Shown here piece after piece: positions 36,751 through 47,135 of a stretch of DNA of 64,000 bases. Source of the stretch: Mantamonas sphyraenae STR306 (lineage: Eukaryota; Protista; CRuMs); NCBI GenBank assembly GCA_026936335.1, contig JAPMXV010000003.1:367181-431180 (forward strand). The letters are read 5' to 3'. Below the pieces are notes generated by a model. That model was not told the origin of the DNA, searched no databases, and saw only the letters and a list, made by a program, of their open reading frames with translations. The translations under genes were made by a program, and so were the position numbers. Within the stretch, counting starts at the first letter, position 1, and every line of letters begins with the position of its first letter.

Positions 36751-39700
36751 ATGGATGTTGGAGTGTGTACGCCAGATGATGTGCTGGGGACAGTGTCATT
36801 ATGGCTTTGCCAGGGGAGGGATGGGAGGGCGGAGGCCAACGGCTCAGCGGTGGCTGGGCAACATCAACTGTCCAACTGCAACTGTACCCCAACCTCCGGC
36901 AAGACTATGGAGCACTTTGTGTGGACACAGAACAAGGTGTCGTTGACCTTCAAGGAACGGAAGCAGGAGCAACGGTTCCGGAACCACTCGTTGACGCTGT
37001 TCAACAACCTGCACCTGTTGTTTGCGACGTTCTGCGTGGCGTATGCTGTGACCAACTACGTATACCTGGAAGCTACGCTGTTCGACTCTGCCGAGGGGCT
37101 GCTGTACGCGCAGGTGGCTGACGTGGCTGTGCTTGTGTTTGCGCTGCTGCTCGCGTCGTTTGCGATCAAGGTGCATCTGCTGCACACGGAGCTGTTCAAG
37201 ACGTCGCAGTTCTGGGTGAACATGTTGCTGTTGTTGCTGTTGATTGTGTCGCTACTGGGCCACTTTTCGGTGCAGCTGCGTTTCGGCACGTTGAGTGATC
37301 TGCAACGGCTGGAACTGACGTCGCGTCTCTCGTTTGCGCTGATCTTCATTTCCGGGGCGCTGGGTCTGCTGTGGTTTCTGGTGGTGAGCTTGAACGTGCT
37401 CACTGTGGCACTGTACGTGGAGTGGATCCTGTTTCTGGTGGAGCCCACGTCGACAATGCGCGTGTCGGGCACGCTGACGATTTTGGCGGCCGCGTTTATC
37501 AGCCTGGTGGCTTCGTGGTTCCTGGAGAAGCATATCCGACGCGCGTTCACGTACCAACAGGACGCGTTGCTTGCAGAGCACCAGCGGCTGGACAACATGA
37601 TTGAATCGTTCAGCACGCCCGTGCTCCTTGTAAGTGCACTGGGCAACATCCGTGTGGCGAACCAGGCGTCGGCAAAGCTGTTTGGCAGCGAGCGAAAGGG
37701 CCTGCGGGGCAACAACGTGGGTCCGTTGTTTGGAGCGGACTTTGTGCGTGAGATGCAGGCGCGCAGGGAAGCACAACTGGCCAAGGACGGCACAGACGCG
37801 AGCACAGCGTCGAAATTGACAGAGGAGGAGCAGGCAATTGCGTTGAACATGGGGCTGCACCGCGAAGAGTCGATGGCGTCGCTGATGACGGGTGTGACAC
37901 CTGCAGCGGGGGACGGGGGAGGCCTGCGAGAGCGGAGGGCATCGGGCAAGAACAAGCGGCATAGCAACAAGGTGCAGCCTGCAACGGGCCTGGATCTGGA
38001 CCATGAGATGGACAATGACCTGTCTGGAGAACACACCAAGTTGGTGATGATGGAGGGAGAGTATGCGATCAAGCGGCAGCGTAAGAACAGGGTGCAACAC
38101 ATCCAGGTGGTAATTGAGCGGTACCGGGTGCTGACGATCTTCAAGACGTACCGACTGGTTTTTGTGGTGCTGTTACGCGACGTGTCCAAGAGCGATCGGA
38201 TGATCAACAAGGTAAAGGACAGCGTGGAGTTCCAGAAGTTGTTTCTGACGAAGCTGGCTCGAGACACGGCTCTGCCTCTGCGCAACCTGAACACGCTGTC
38301 GCAACGACTCGCAGACTCAAACATGACCAAGGCCCAGCGCGACTATACGCAAGGGATCCAGGAGAACAGCAGTGCTCTGGCGGAGCTGTTTTCGTCCATG
38401 ACCGACTTTGTGGACATGAACAGCGAAAGTGTGGAGTTGTCCAAGGATGAAGTGGAGCTGGGCTACCTGTGTGAGAGCATTGCCTCGAGTCTGAGCGAAA
38501 CAAGCAACGCATTGGGAGTTCGGTGCCACGTGAGCGTGGCGCGTGAGGCACGGGTGGCTGTGGTCGTGGACCGGATGCGTTTGAGCAAGGTGCTGCAGCA
38601 TCTGATGCGCAACGCAGTGCATGCGTGCGAGATGGACGGCAACGTGGTGTTGCGTGTCAAGTCGGTGGGCAAGCGCGCACGTGTTGGTAAAGGGCGCGTG
38701 GGACTGGTGTTTGAGGTTGAGGATGACGGCGTCGGGGTGCCGAGCAAGAAGTTGAAGGCCATCCAGTCGGTGTTCCGCACGCTGGGCAACCAGCTGACGA
38801 GGGAGCAGTCGTCACAGATGGGAGTGGGTGTGCCCATCACCAAACACCTGGTGAACATGATGAACGGGTCGCCGCTGCAGATGGAGAGTGAAAAGGGCAA
38901 GGGTACGCGTGTGTGGTTCGACATGGAGCTGCCGCGGGTGGACGGACGTGGCGAGGGCCTGACGGACGATGGCAGCGGAAGCGGGAGCAGCAGCGGAAGC
39001 GGAGTGGGCAGGAAAAAGGCAGCTGTTGGCAGCTCCGGCCACGTGTTGCTTGTGGAAGGATCGCGGATTGCGGCCGAGCCGATTCAGGGCTATCTGCAGG
39101 AGCTTGGCTTCAAGGTGACCCATGCAGAGAGCAGTGTGGCGTTGGACGGGTTCCTCTTGAATCTGGAGCAGCGCGTAAAGCATGGCCAGGAGCAGCCAAT
39201 CACGCACTGCGTGGTCAACCTGAGCATGCCGCGGTTTTCGATTGCGTCGCTGCAGGAGAATCCGGTGACGCAGGCGCAGCCAATGATCATGCTTGCCGCG
39301 GAGCAGGAAGTGCACATGGTGCGCGACAGTCTGCCCGAGGGCGGGCGTGATGCAGGCAAGTACAGCGTGTTGGGTGTGCCGGTGCACTTTGACGCGCTGG
39401 ACAAACTGGTGACGCTGGACATGCGTGTCAAGGTTCCGGAATCGGCCATGCGTGTGCCCACGGTGATGAGCCAGCCTCGGCTCGTGGATGATGAAGAGGG
39501 CGACGAAGATGCGGATGAAGAGGTGGAGGAAACGCTCGTGGAAGAGTTTCCCAACGAGGTGGTGTTGATGGAGGACATGGAGGACCTGGACGATGTCATG
39601 GACGATGTGGATGAAATTGTAGACATGGAGGCGGTGCGCAAGGAGCGAGAGGAGGCAGCGACAAAGATGCAGGCAGTGTTTCGTGGTCACCGCACACGAG

Positions 39701-39966
39701 CGGAGCAGAACCGAGCAAAGCTGGAGCGAGAACAGGAGGCGAAAGAGGAAGCGGCGCAGCGGTTCTTGGAGGAAGAGGAGGCTCGCAAGAAGGCACAGGC
39801 AGAGGCAAATGCGGCGCAAGCCAAGGAGGAGAAGGAGGCACGTGCGGCCGCGGAGCTTCTGGAGCAGGAAAAGGCGGCCATCATGATCCAGGCACAGGTG
39901 CGAAGGCATCAAGCGCAGAAGGAGTACAAGGAGCTTCGTGCAGAGATGGATGATGAGAGTGGGTGA
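36751..39966 (+). CDS. Multi-TM hybrid histidine-kinase-like protein (PAS, degenerate HisKA, HATPase_c, degenerate receiver, two IQ motifs)
   Basis: N-terminal TM helices; PAS-like GNIRVANQASAKLFG; NAVHA, VEDDGVGV and GKGTRVWF; VLLVEG; IQ-like MQAVFRGHRTR and IQAQVRRHQAQK. The start codon is uncertain. Confidence 0.82.
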   Translation: MDVGVCTPDDVLGTVSLWLCQGRDGRAEANGSAVAGQHQLSNCNCTPTSGKTMEHFVWTQNKVSLTFKERKQEQRFRNHSLTLFNNLHLLFATFCVAYAVTNYVYLEATLFDSAEGLLYAQVADVAVLVFALLLASFAIKVHLLHTELFKTSQFWVNMLLLLLLIVSLLGHFSVQLRFGTLSDLQRLELTSRLSFALIFISGALGLLWFLVVSLNVLTVALYVEWILFLVEPTSTMRVSGTLTILAAAFISLVASWFLEKHIRRAFTYQQDALLAEHQRLDNMIESFSTPVLLVSALGNIRVANQASAKLFGSERKGLRGNNVGPLFGADFVREMQARREAQLAKDGTDASTASKLTEEEQAIALNMGLHREESMASLMTGVTPAAGDGGGLRERRASGKNKRHSNKVQPATGLDLDHEMDNDLSGEHTKLVMMEGEYAIKRQRKNRVQHIQVVIERYRVLTIFKTYRLVFVVLLRDVSKSDRMINKVKDSVEFQKLFLTKLARDTALPLRNLNTLSQRLADSNMTKAQRDYTQGIQENSSALAELFSSMTDFVDMNSESVELSKDEVELGYLCESIASSLSETSNALGVRCHVSVAREARVAVVVDRMRLSKVLQHLMRNAVHACEMDGNVVLRVKSVGKRARVGKGRVGLVFEVEDDGVGVPSKKLKAIQSVFRTLGNQLTREQSSQMGVGVPITKHLVNMMNGSPLQMESEKGKGTRVWFDMELPRVDGRGEGLTDDGSGSGSSSGSGVGRKKAAVGSSGHVLLVEGSRIAAEPIQGYLQELGFKVTHAESSVALDGFLLNLEQRVKHGQEQPITHCVVNLSMPRFSIASLQENPVTQAQPMIMLAAEQEVHMVRDSLPEGGRDAGKYSVLGVPVHFDALDKLVTLDMRVKVPESAMRVPTVMSQPRLVDDEEGDEDADEEVEETLVEEFPNEVVLMEDMEDLDDVMDDVDEIVDMEAVRKEREEAATKMQAVFRGHRTRAEQNRAKLEREQEAKEEAAQRFLEEEEARKKAQAEANAAQAKEEKEARAAAELLEQEKAAIMIQAQVRRHQAQKEYKELRAEMDDESG

Positions 39967-40009
39967 TGATGATGGTGGCAATTGACAGGTGTGTTTTCAT
40001 GCGTGGCGA

Positions 40010-41627
40010 TCACTCGAGCTCCTCCTCGTCTTCCTCGTCCTCAGGATAGTCATCCGAAGCCTCTGCGTCCTCCTCAGCCTCTGCGCGGAGGCGCTCTTGC
40101 TCGAGACGCTCCTCCTCCAGGCGTGCAGCCTCTTCAGCCTCGATGCGACGTTGCTCGTCGAGCTCGGCCTGGGCGACGGCCTCCTTCTGTGCGTTGACCT
40201 TGTCCATGGCGCGCATGATGCGCTCGTCGGCCTCCTTCTGCTGGAGGATGGCTTCGTGGCGCTGCTCGAGGGCCTTTGCGACAGCGGCGCCGACGAGAGC
40301 GTCTACAAGGCGCTGGGCGGTCTGCTTCTTTTGCAGCTCGTCCTCGACACCCTGCACGAGCCAGGGCATAAATTGGGTCTCCACTTCGCGCTTGACGTTG
40401 TCGTAAAAGTAACCCGACTCGGAGAGGTGCTCAAACACGGCTGTCTGCAGACTGGCAATGTGTTTTTGGGCAAAGCTGACGGCGGCTCGTCGCTCTTCCT
40501 CGCGGCGCAGGGCGGCCTGGCGCTCGCGTTCCTGCTGCATGCGGCGTTCCTTCTCCTCCAGGCGACGCCTCTCTGCAGCTTCCATGCGCTGGGTTTCTGC
40601 AAGCTCAGCGTTGCGGCGCTGCTCATACTCGGCCTGGTGCCTGCGCATGTTGGCCAGCTCGTGCTCCTCGAGCACCTCCATGAGACCCTGTTCGAGGACC
40701 TTGCCCACAAGGACCTCGAGGATGGGTTCGACCTCGAAATCAAAGTCAAACAGGTCGCCCTCTTCGATCTGGGTTTCTGCGTCGACGCCGGTCTTTTGGG
40801 GCACAAACATGGGCGAGGGGGGCCTGTCGAGGAAGGCATCGGTCTGTGTCTCGACGTCGGTCTCTTCGACGCGGTCTGTGATCTCCTCGAGGTAGACGTC
40901 GGTCTGGATCTCGATGTGCTGCCTGCCTTCGACGGGCTCGACCTCTAATTCGTTCAGCAAGCGCTGCTGCTCGAGCTGCTTTCGCCGACGCAGGCGTGCC
41001 TTGCGCTTCTTCTCCTCCTCCTGCTGCTTGACCAACATAGGGTCCATTTGTGCAGCTTGTTGCTGTGGGTGGAGTGCCGGGTGCGGGTTGGCCCGCGTGG
41101 GCAGGGTGAGTGAGCGAGAGCGCGAGGGTGCGAATGGAGCAGACGTTGCAACCTACCGCTTGCAGAGCCCGGTTTGCGTATGTGTTGCCGCGGATGACTC
41201 GCCTGTCATGCATGATGTTGGTGGATGACAGATCCCTGTGATGATAGTGGTGTGTGTGTGTGTTGGGAGGAGGCGTTGCATGGTTGTGTGAGTGGCGAGG
41301 GTGGGGTAAAACACGGCGGCTGGGAGAAATCGACCGTTGGCCCGTTTGCCGGCGTGGGCGAGCAGCAGCGGGACATGCGTGGGGCTGATGGACACCGACA
41401 GAGCCGGGGACGCAGGCGGGACGCCATTGACAGGGCTCATGCAGGGAACGACCACGGTTGCAGCAGGTCCAGGGGTGTGGCTGGGTCGATGGAAAAGCGG
41501 CGTGCGGAGGGGAAACGTACTCGGTCTGCAGCAGCGGGTCCTGGTACCTGTACTTCTTGCGCTGGCCGGTGGTGCGAGCGGCCACTGACTGTGGCGCTAC
41601 GCTGTGGGTGTATCCTCCAGCTGACAT
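40010..41627 (-). CDS. RSPH3: Radial spoke head protein 3
   Basis: Exons 41627-41521, 41235-41157 and 41062-40010; motifs NIMHDRRVIRGNTYA, GRQHIEIQTDVYLEE and TQIEEGDLFDFDFEVEPILEVLVGK. Confidence 0.95.
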
Positions 41628-41679
41628 CTGTGCACGGGGCGGTTTGGTTGCGGCGGCGGAGGCAAGTCCAAGGGAGCAG

Positions 41680-42387
41680 ATGAGCAAGGAGCAGCGGCTA
41701 CAGTTCCGCAAGCTGCTGCGAGACGGCAGCGTGGACGACGTGCATCTTGCGCTGAAGCTGAACAGCGAATTAAAGCATTTTGTGCTGGCCGACAAGCAGA
41801 ACTTTTTCGTGACGGCCATCTCACTGCAAAACCGGCCTGTGGCGCTGTACTTTTTGGAGAAGCTGCGATGCAGCGTGAACAAAGCGGGCGGCTTTGAGAG
41901 GATACCTCCGCTGCTGATGCTCGTGTGCAACTACGAGAAGCAGGACAAGGTGGAGTTTGCCCTGGATCTTCTTTCGCACGGAGCCACTGTCGACTGCGTG
42001 GGCACACGAAAGGAGGAGCGTGTACTGGGCACCCCATTGATGCAGGCCATGTTGAACCGGGAACAGTCGCTGTGCAGCCTGTTGATCGAGTGGGGCGCGC
42101 GGGTTCAGTTTTCCGTTGCAGGGCTCTCGGTGCTTGACCTGTGCCAGGACGACGAGCTGACGGCGTTTCTGGAAGAGGAAGCGGCCAAAGCAGAGGAAGC
42201 ACGCAAAGCAAGGCGGGCGAGCAAGCAGCGAGAGTCGACGTTGCCGAATGAGACCGAGAGCTTCAAGAAGAAGAAGGCGGCGCAGAGCAGCAGCAACGGT
42301 GGGGAGGAGAACATGCACACGGCCAACACGCAGGTGCGTCTGGATGTGGTGTCTGTGGCGGAGGAAGACGAAGGGGAGGACAGGTGA
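41680..42387 (+). CDS. Ankyrin-repeat protein
   Basis: Ankyrin-like LLSHGATVD and GTPLMQA..LLIEWGA. Confidence 0.75.
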   Translation: MSKEQRLQFRKLLRDGSVDDVHLALKLNSELKHFVLADKQNFFVTAISLQNRPVALYFLEKLRCSVNKAGGFERIPPLLMLVCNYEKQDKVEFALDLLSHGATVDCVGTRKEERVLGTPLMQAMLNREQSLCSLLIEWGARVQFSVAGLSVLDLCQDDELTAFLEEEAAKAEEARKARRASKQRESTLPNETESFKKKKAAQSSSNGGEENMHTANTQVRLDVVSVAEEDEGEDR

Positions 42388-42523
42388 GACAGGATCGAAA
42401 TGGAGCGAAAAGCAGCAATGGTGGAGTGTTTTGTTTCGGTGTGTGTCCGTCGTTGGAGAACCCCAGGCCCAACCAAGTGTGACGTCCATCCCCATGAAGA
42501 ATGAAGAACGCAAGGCGTGGGAA

Positions 42524-44459
42524 TCAGCGGCGGCCGGTCTGGATGATGCCAGCCTGGATGAGCTTGCGGACCTTGCGCTCGATCTCGGGGTTTTTCATGT
42601 GCTCGGCAGCAGCCTCTGGGTTGGTGGACATGTCGTTGAGGATCTGACGCATGGCCATGTCGCCCATGATCTCGGCAACCTCTGGGTCGCGGAGAGCCTC
42701 TTGCAGGCGTTCTTCGTCGCTCTTGGAGCTGTTGCTCGCGGCCTGCTGGTGTTGGGCACCCTGCATGGCGGCGAAGCACTTTTGAACGCCGGCAATGAGG
42801 TCTGCGTTGTTTTCGTCGTAGCGCATGCCCTCGTCGTAAGCCTTGAGGGCGTCCTCGTACTTGTTGAGGAGGACGTAGATGTTGCCCTTGCGGATGTAGG
42901 CTTTGATGTAGTCGGGCTTGATTTCGATGGTTTTGTTTGCATCCTTGAGGGCGTCGTCGTAGGCACCGAGCTTGAAGTAGCACTGGCCGCGGTTGGCGTA
43001 AGGGCGGTGGTCGTCTGGGTTGCGGCGGATGGCCTCTGTGTACACATCGATGGCCTCGGGGTACTTGTGCTCCTGGTAGAGAGCGTTACCCTTTGCACGC
43101 TCCTCCTCGGCTTTGTCGAGGTCGATGTAGGCCTCTGCCTCACGGCGCTTGAGCTCCTTCTGCAGGGCAACCAGCTTTGCGTTGACCTTTTTGTCGCGCA
43201 CCTCGGAGACGCTCTCGTCGTACCAGTGGATGGCAGACTCGAGGTCGTCCATGGCGTTGTAGCAGTTGCCGATGCGTGCGTATGCCTTTGCCTTGAGCTC
43301 GAAGGAGGCGGTTCCGGCCTCCTTGGCGATCTCGAGGCCTTTCGTGACCTCGTCGATGCCCTTTTGGTACTCCTTGAGCTCGTAGTAGACGGCGGCGCGG
43401 TTGGTGTAGTAGGTGAGCTCGTCGGGCAGGACCTCTGTGGCCTTGTTGTACTGCTCGAGGGCCTCGTCAAAGTTGCGCTTCTTGTAGGCGGCGTTGCCAA
43501 GAGCCTTGAACTCGTCAGCCTCGCGCTTCTTGGCGAGACGTGCGCGCTCCTCGTCAGTGAGCTTGGACTCGTCGATGGGCTTGTCGCTCTTGTTCTTGGA
43601 CGAAGAAGAAGAAGAGGAGGAGGAGGAGGAGGAGGAAGAGGAGGAAGAGGAGCTGCCGCCGCGACCGCCGATCATGGACTCGTCGAGGGCACCGAGGACA
43701 GCGAGGATGCAGGCCTGGATGCGCTGGTCGTCCTTGTAGAGGTCAAAGTTGTCTGGTTTCTTGAGGATGTCGTCGACGACGCCGACGAAGCTGGCGTCCA
43801 TGAAGAACTGGGAGGCAACGGGGTGGTTGGCCATGGTGCGGACATTTTCAGGGGTGAAATAGCGCCCTCCGTTGGCAAATGGGTTGCGTGCCTGCTCGAG
43901 CAGCTTCTCATCGACGTCCTTGAGGGCACGGGTGAGGGTTGCATCGCCAGGAGCGACGGTAAGACCCTGCTCGAGGACAGCCTTTGCCTGGCCGTACTGC
44001 ATCATGAACTGGAGGGCAGTGGCCTTGCGAGAGTAGCCCTGGGGTGAAGGGGAAGTTGGGTGGGAGGGAGAGAGAGTTAGGAGCGAGGAACGGAAACGCG
44101 GGCGTGTTTTTGGCGAGAACGGGGGCGGAAGTGAGTTTCCGCCCGGAGCGCGGAGCGCATGGCGGAAAGTGTCGTGTGCAGGCGTGCGCGGTTGGCACTT
44201 GCAAGGGATGGTGTGGACATGGACATACCTTGGGCCAGTCACGCTTGAGGGAAATGACCTTGTCGGCATCTTTGAGGGCGTCGCCGTACTGCTGGAGGTT
44301 TGTGTAGGCGCCGGCTCGGTTGCTGTAAAAGACGTGGTTGTTGGGATCGAGCTCGATGGCCTTTGTGAACAGCTCGACAGCCTTTTCGTAGTCCTGGGCC
44401 TTGAACGCCTCGTTGCCCTGGTTCTTGAATTCAGCAGCCTGTTCTTGAGGGGAACTCAT
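42524..44459 (-). CDS. STI1: Hsp70/Hsp90-organising protein STI1/HOP
   Basis: Exons 44459-44229 and 44038-42524; three TPR blocks (KNQGNEAF, KALGNAAY, RAKGNALY) and DP domains ending KLIQAGII. Confidence 0.95.
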
Positions 44460-44558
44460 GTGCAGTGGTGGTGGTTGGTGGTATGTGGCAAGAAAAGGTT
44501 TCGGTGGCGGCGATGGGGCATTCACGGGGGGTTCATTTGGATGGTTGGACGAGTGTGA

Positions 44559-44855
44559 TCACAGGCCGTAGGTCTTTTGGTGGATGGCACTCCAGATGGT
44601 GTGGGTGTGGCCCTTTTGGATGCCGACGTCCTCGCTGAGCCAAGTGCGGAAGGCCTCGTCCTCGCAGTTGAGGAGGAAGTACTGGCCGACGAGCTGGTAG
44701 GAGGTCTCGATGCCTTGCTTGGCGAGGGCAGCAGCAGCGACAGAGCCGACGCCCGGCACAGAGGTGATTTCCTTGTCCAGGCTCTGGCCGACAAACTCGC
44801 GGGTCTTGTTCTCCGCAGCGGTGCTGTAGCCACCGTAGGCCTCTGCGACGCTCAT
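44559..44855 (-). CDS. BANF1: Barrier-to-autointegration factor-like protein
   Basis: KTREFVGQSLDKEITSVPGVG..GIETSYQLVGQYFLLNCEDEAFRTWL aligns by eye with human BAF [48 protein letters not shown]. Confidence 0.85.
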   Translation of the reverse strand: MSVAEAYGGYSTAAENKTREFVGQSLDKEITSVPGVGSVAAAALAKQGIETSYQLVGQYFLLNCEDEAFRTWLSEDVGIQKGHTHTIWSAIHQKTYGL

Positions 44856-45378
44856 CTGATCTTCACTGCTCTGTGGATGGGCGATTGGGAGAGTGGGATG
44901 TGTGTGGGGGCGGGTCAGGCATGGTCGGGTGGGCGTGGAAAGGAAAACGGACAACGCGCCATTTGCGCTTTTTTCGTTGTGTCGTGCGGACGTGACGTGT
45001 GAAGCTTGACGGGCTTGGACAGAAGGGTGGCCGGGGCGGGAATGCAGTGGGTCGATGATGGACGCGGCGGCAAGGCCAGGGACCATGCAGGGGTAAAAGG
45101 AATGAGGCAAACGCGGGGCGGGAATGGCGGCTCGGATTCCGTGCAGTCAGGAACGCGCGGGTTTGCCTGGACGATGGCTGCTCGAGGGCCGGCGTGTGGG
45201 TGTGTGGAGGGTCGGGGGGACGAAGGGCGGGAGGGCGGGGGCGTACCATTGTTTGGATGTTGTGGTGGTGTTGTGGAAAGTTTCGGTGGCGCGGGCAGCG
45301 GCAGCGGAACGCAGCATTGGTGGGGAGCTCTGTTGCAGACGGACATCGAAAAGCACGGAAAAGAGCGATTGAGGGAGG

Positions 45379-45999
45379 ATGAACGACAGGGCAGAATGCG
45401 CGGCGTTCAACTGCAGGGACGATGCGGACCCGACACTGGGGGAGTGGTACGATCCTGTGGAGGGCAAACAGGTACACTTGTGTGAGGAACACATGAAGTG
45501 CATGCGTGAGGGCAAGTACTGCACATATTGCTATGCGCCGTGGGACGATCAGGAAGGGTGGATTGGGTGCAACGTGTGTGACGCGTGGGTGCATTCCGAC
45601 TGTGAGGCAGCGATGGGTAGGGACTTGCAAGTGATGGCAGACGCAGACGAGCACCAGTATTTGTGCCCACACTGCCTGCAGGTGGCGTTGAACTACAATG
45701 CTCAAGTGGTTCAGGGCGTGGCTGCAGCGGAAAAGAAGGTGAGGGCGCAGGAGGAACTTCTTTCGCAGCTGGAGGCGCTGGTGGCGAGCGGAGACACGAG
45801 CGAGGGGGCGGAGGAGCGCAAAGCAAAGCTTTTGGCCGAGGTGCAGGCGTCGGTGGAGTCTGCGACGTTGGATATGGGCGCGTTGGGGCTTGTGCGAAGC
45901 GTGACGGGTGTAACGAGCAGCCGGGACGAAGAGGCACAGGGAACAGAGAGTGGGGAGGGTGGGTCTAGGAGAGAAGCAGATGTGATGGTTGTGGAATAG
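45379..45999 (+). CDS. PHD-finger protein
   Basis: CTYC..WIGCNVCDAWVHSDC..YLCPHC (C4HC3), preceded by a second Cys/His cluster. Confidence 0.8.
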   Translation: MNDRAECAAFNCRDDADPTLGEWYDPVEGKQVHLCEEHMKCMREGKYCTYCYAPWDDQEGWIGCNVCDAWVHSDCEAAMGRDLQVMADADEHQYLCPHCLQVALNYNAQVVQGVAAAEKKVRAQEELLSQLEALVASGDTSEGAEERKAKLLAEVQASVESATLDMGALGLVRSVTGVTSSRDEEAQGTESGEGGSRREADVMVVE

Positions 46000-46059
46000 A
46001 GGAGGGTGGGCAAGCAGCGGATGTGGAGGCAACGCAAAAAAGAGCCTGAGTGAAGCGCA

Positions 46060-47074
46060 ATGAAGCTTGGAGACCGATTCGTGACTGAGGGTAGCTCGGT
46101 GGTTGTGGTGGCGGATGCCAAGGACAACGCAGACGCGGCTGGGTGTGCGGAGGAGGCGCGTGTGGCAGTGGGGGACAAGGGGACGGTTGTGTTTCTGGAA
46201 GACCAAGGGTCGCTGAAGATGCTGGACGACGGGTCAGCAGACTTTTTCGTGTCGTTTGCAGAGGAGGTGAGCAGCCACGCGGAGGGAGATGTGCTGGAGC
46301 AGAGCATGCGTGTGCTGCGTGCAGGCGGGCTGTGCGTACTGTACGAGCCTTTCAGCGGACGGACTCTGGAACACCAGACGGCGCTGAGCAAGGCGTTGTT
46401 GTTTTCCGGGCTGATGGACACGCGCATCGGGTCGCAGTCGACCAAGTATGCAGAGATTAGCAGCGGGAAGCCCGACTGGGAGGTGGGCACGTCGCAATCG
46501 CTGCGGTTGGGCAAATTGAAAAAACGCAAGACGGAATCGAGCAAGGCGGCGACGGAAGGCGGGGGTGACGGGATGGTGGTGGAGAGCAGCAGCTCAGGAG
46601 GGACGTCGGGGGCGTCGCGATGGAAACAGATTGCAGAGGGAGACGAGGAGGCGTCTGGAGAGGATCTGCTGGACGAGGACGAGCTGCTGGATGAAGAGGA
46701 GCTTGCGCTGCGACCAGACACCAAGGTGGAGTGTGGACCGAATGGCGGGAGGAAGAAAGCATGCAAGAACTGCACGTGTGGACGTGCCGAGATGGAGGCT
46801 GAGGAAGAGAGCAAGCGCAGCAAGTTGACGTTGGACATGCTGGACACGCCGGTGAAGAGTTCATGTGGAAGTGTGAGTTGTGAGGCGGGAGTGGAATGGG
46901 GAGAATGGGTGAGGGTGTTTGTGAGGGTGACCTGGATGGTGACTGACACGGGAGGGTGGTTAGTGCTATTTGGGAGATGCGTTCCGTTGTTCGGGCTGCC
47001 CGTACCTGGGCCTGCCTGCGTTTAAGCCGGGAGAAGAGGTGCAGCTTGGCTCGTTCCTGACGGATGACTTGTGA
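46060..47074 (+). CDS. DRE2: Anamorsin/DRE2 Fe-S assembly protein
   Basis: KACKNCTCG, and after intron 46873-46963 [29 protein letters not shown]. Confidence 0.93.
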
Positions 47075-47135
47075 TTGTTTGAGAAGTGGGGGGTGGGGGA
47101 TTGGGGCTGGGGCGTTCATTTGCGGGTGGATCTGA

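Noticed and set aside
34056-36839. 927-aa antisense ORF over the Ca2+-ATPase (likewise 1146-2972, 9744-11201, 27866-29698, 42248-44047 and 54901-56607)
   Set aside because: Shadow ORFs produced by GC-rich codon bias on the opposite strand of clear genes; they carry no motifs.
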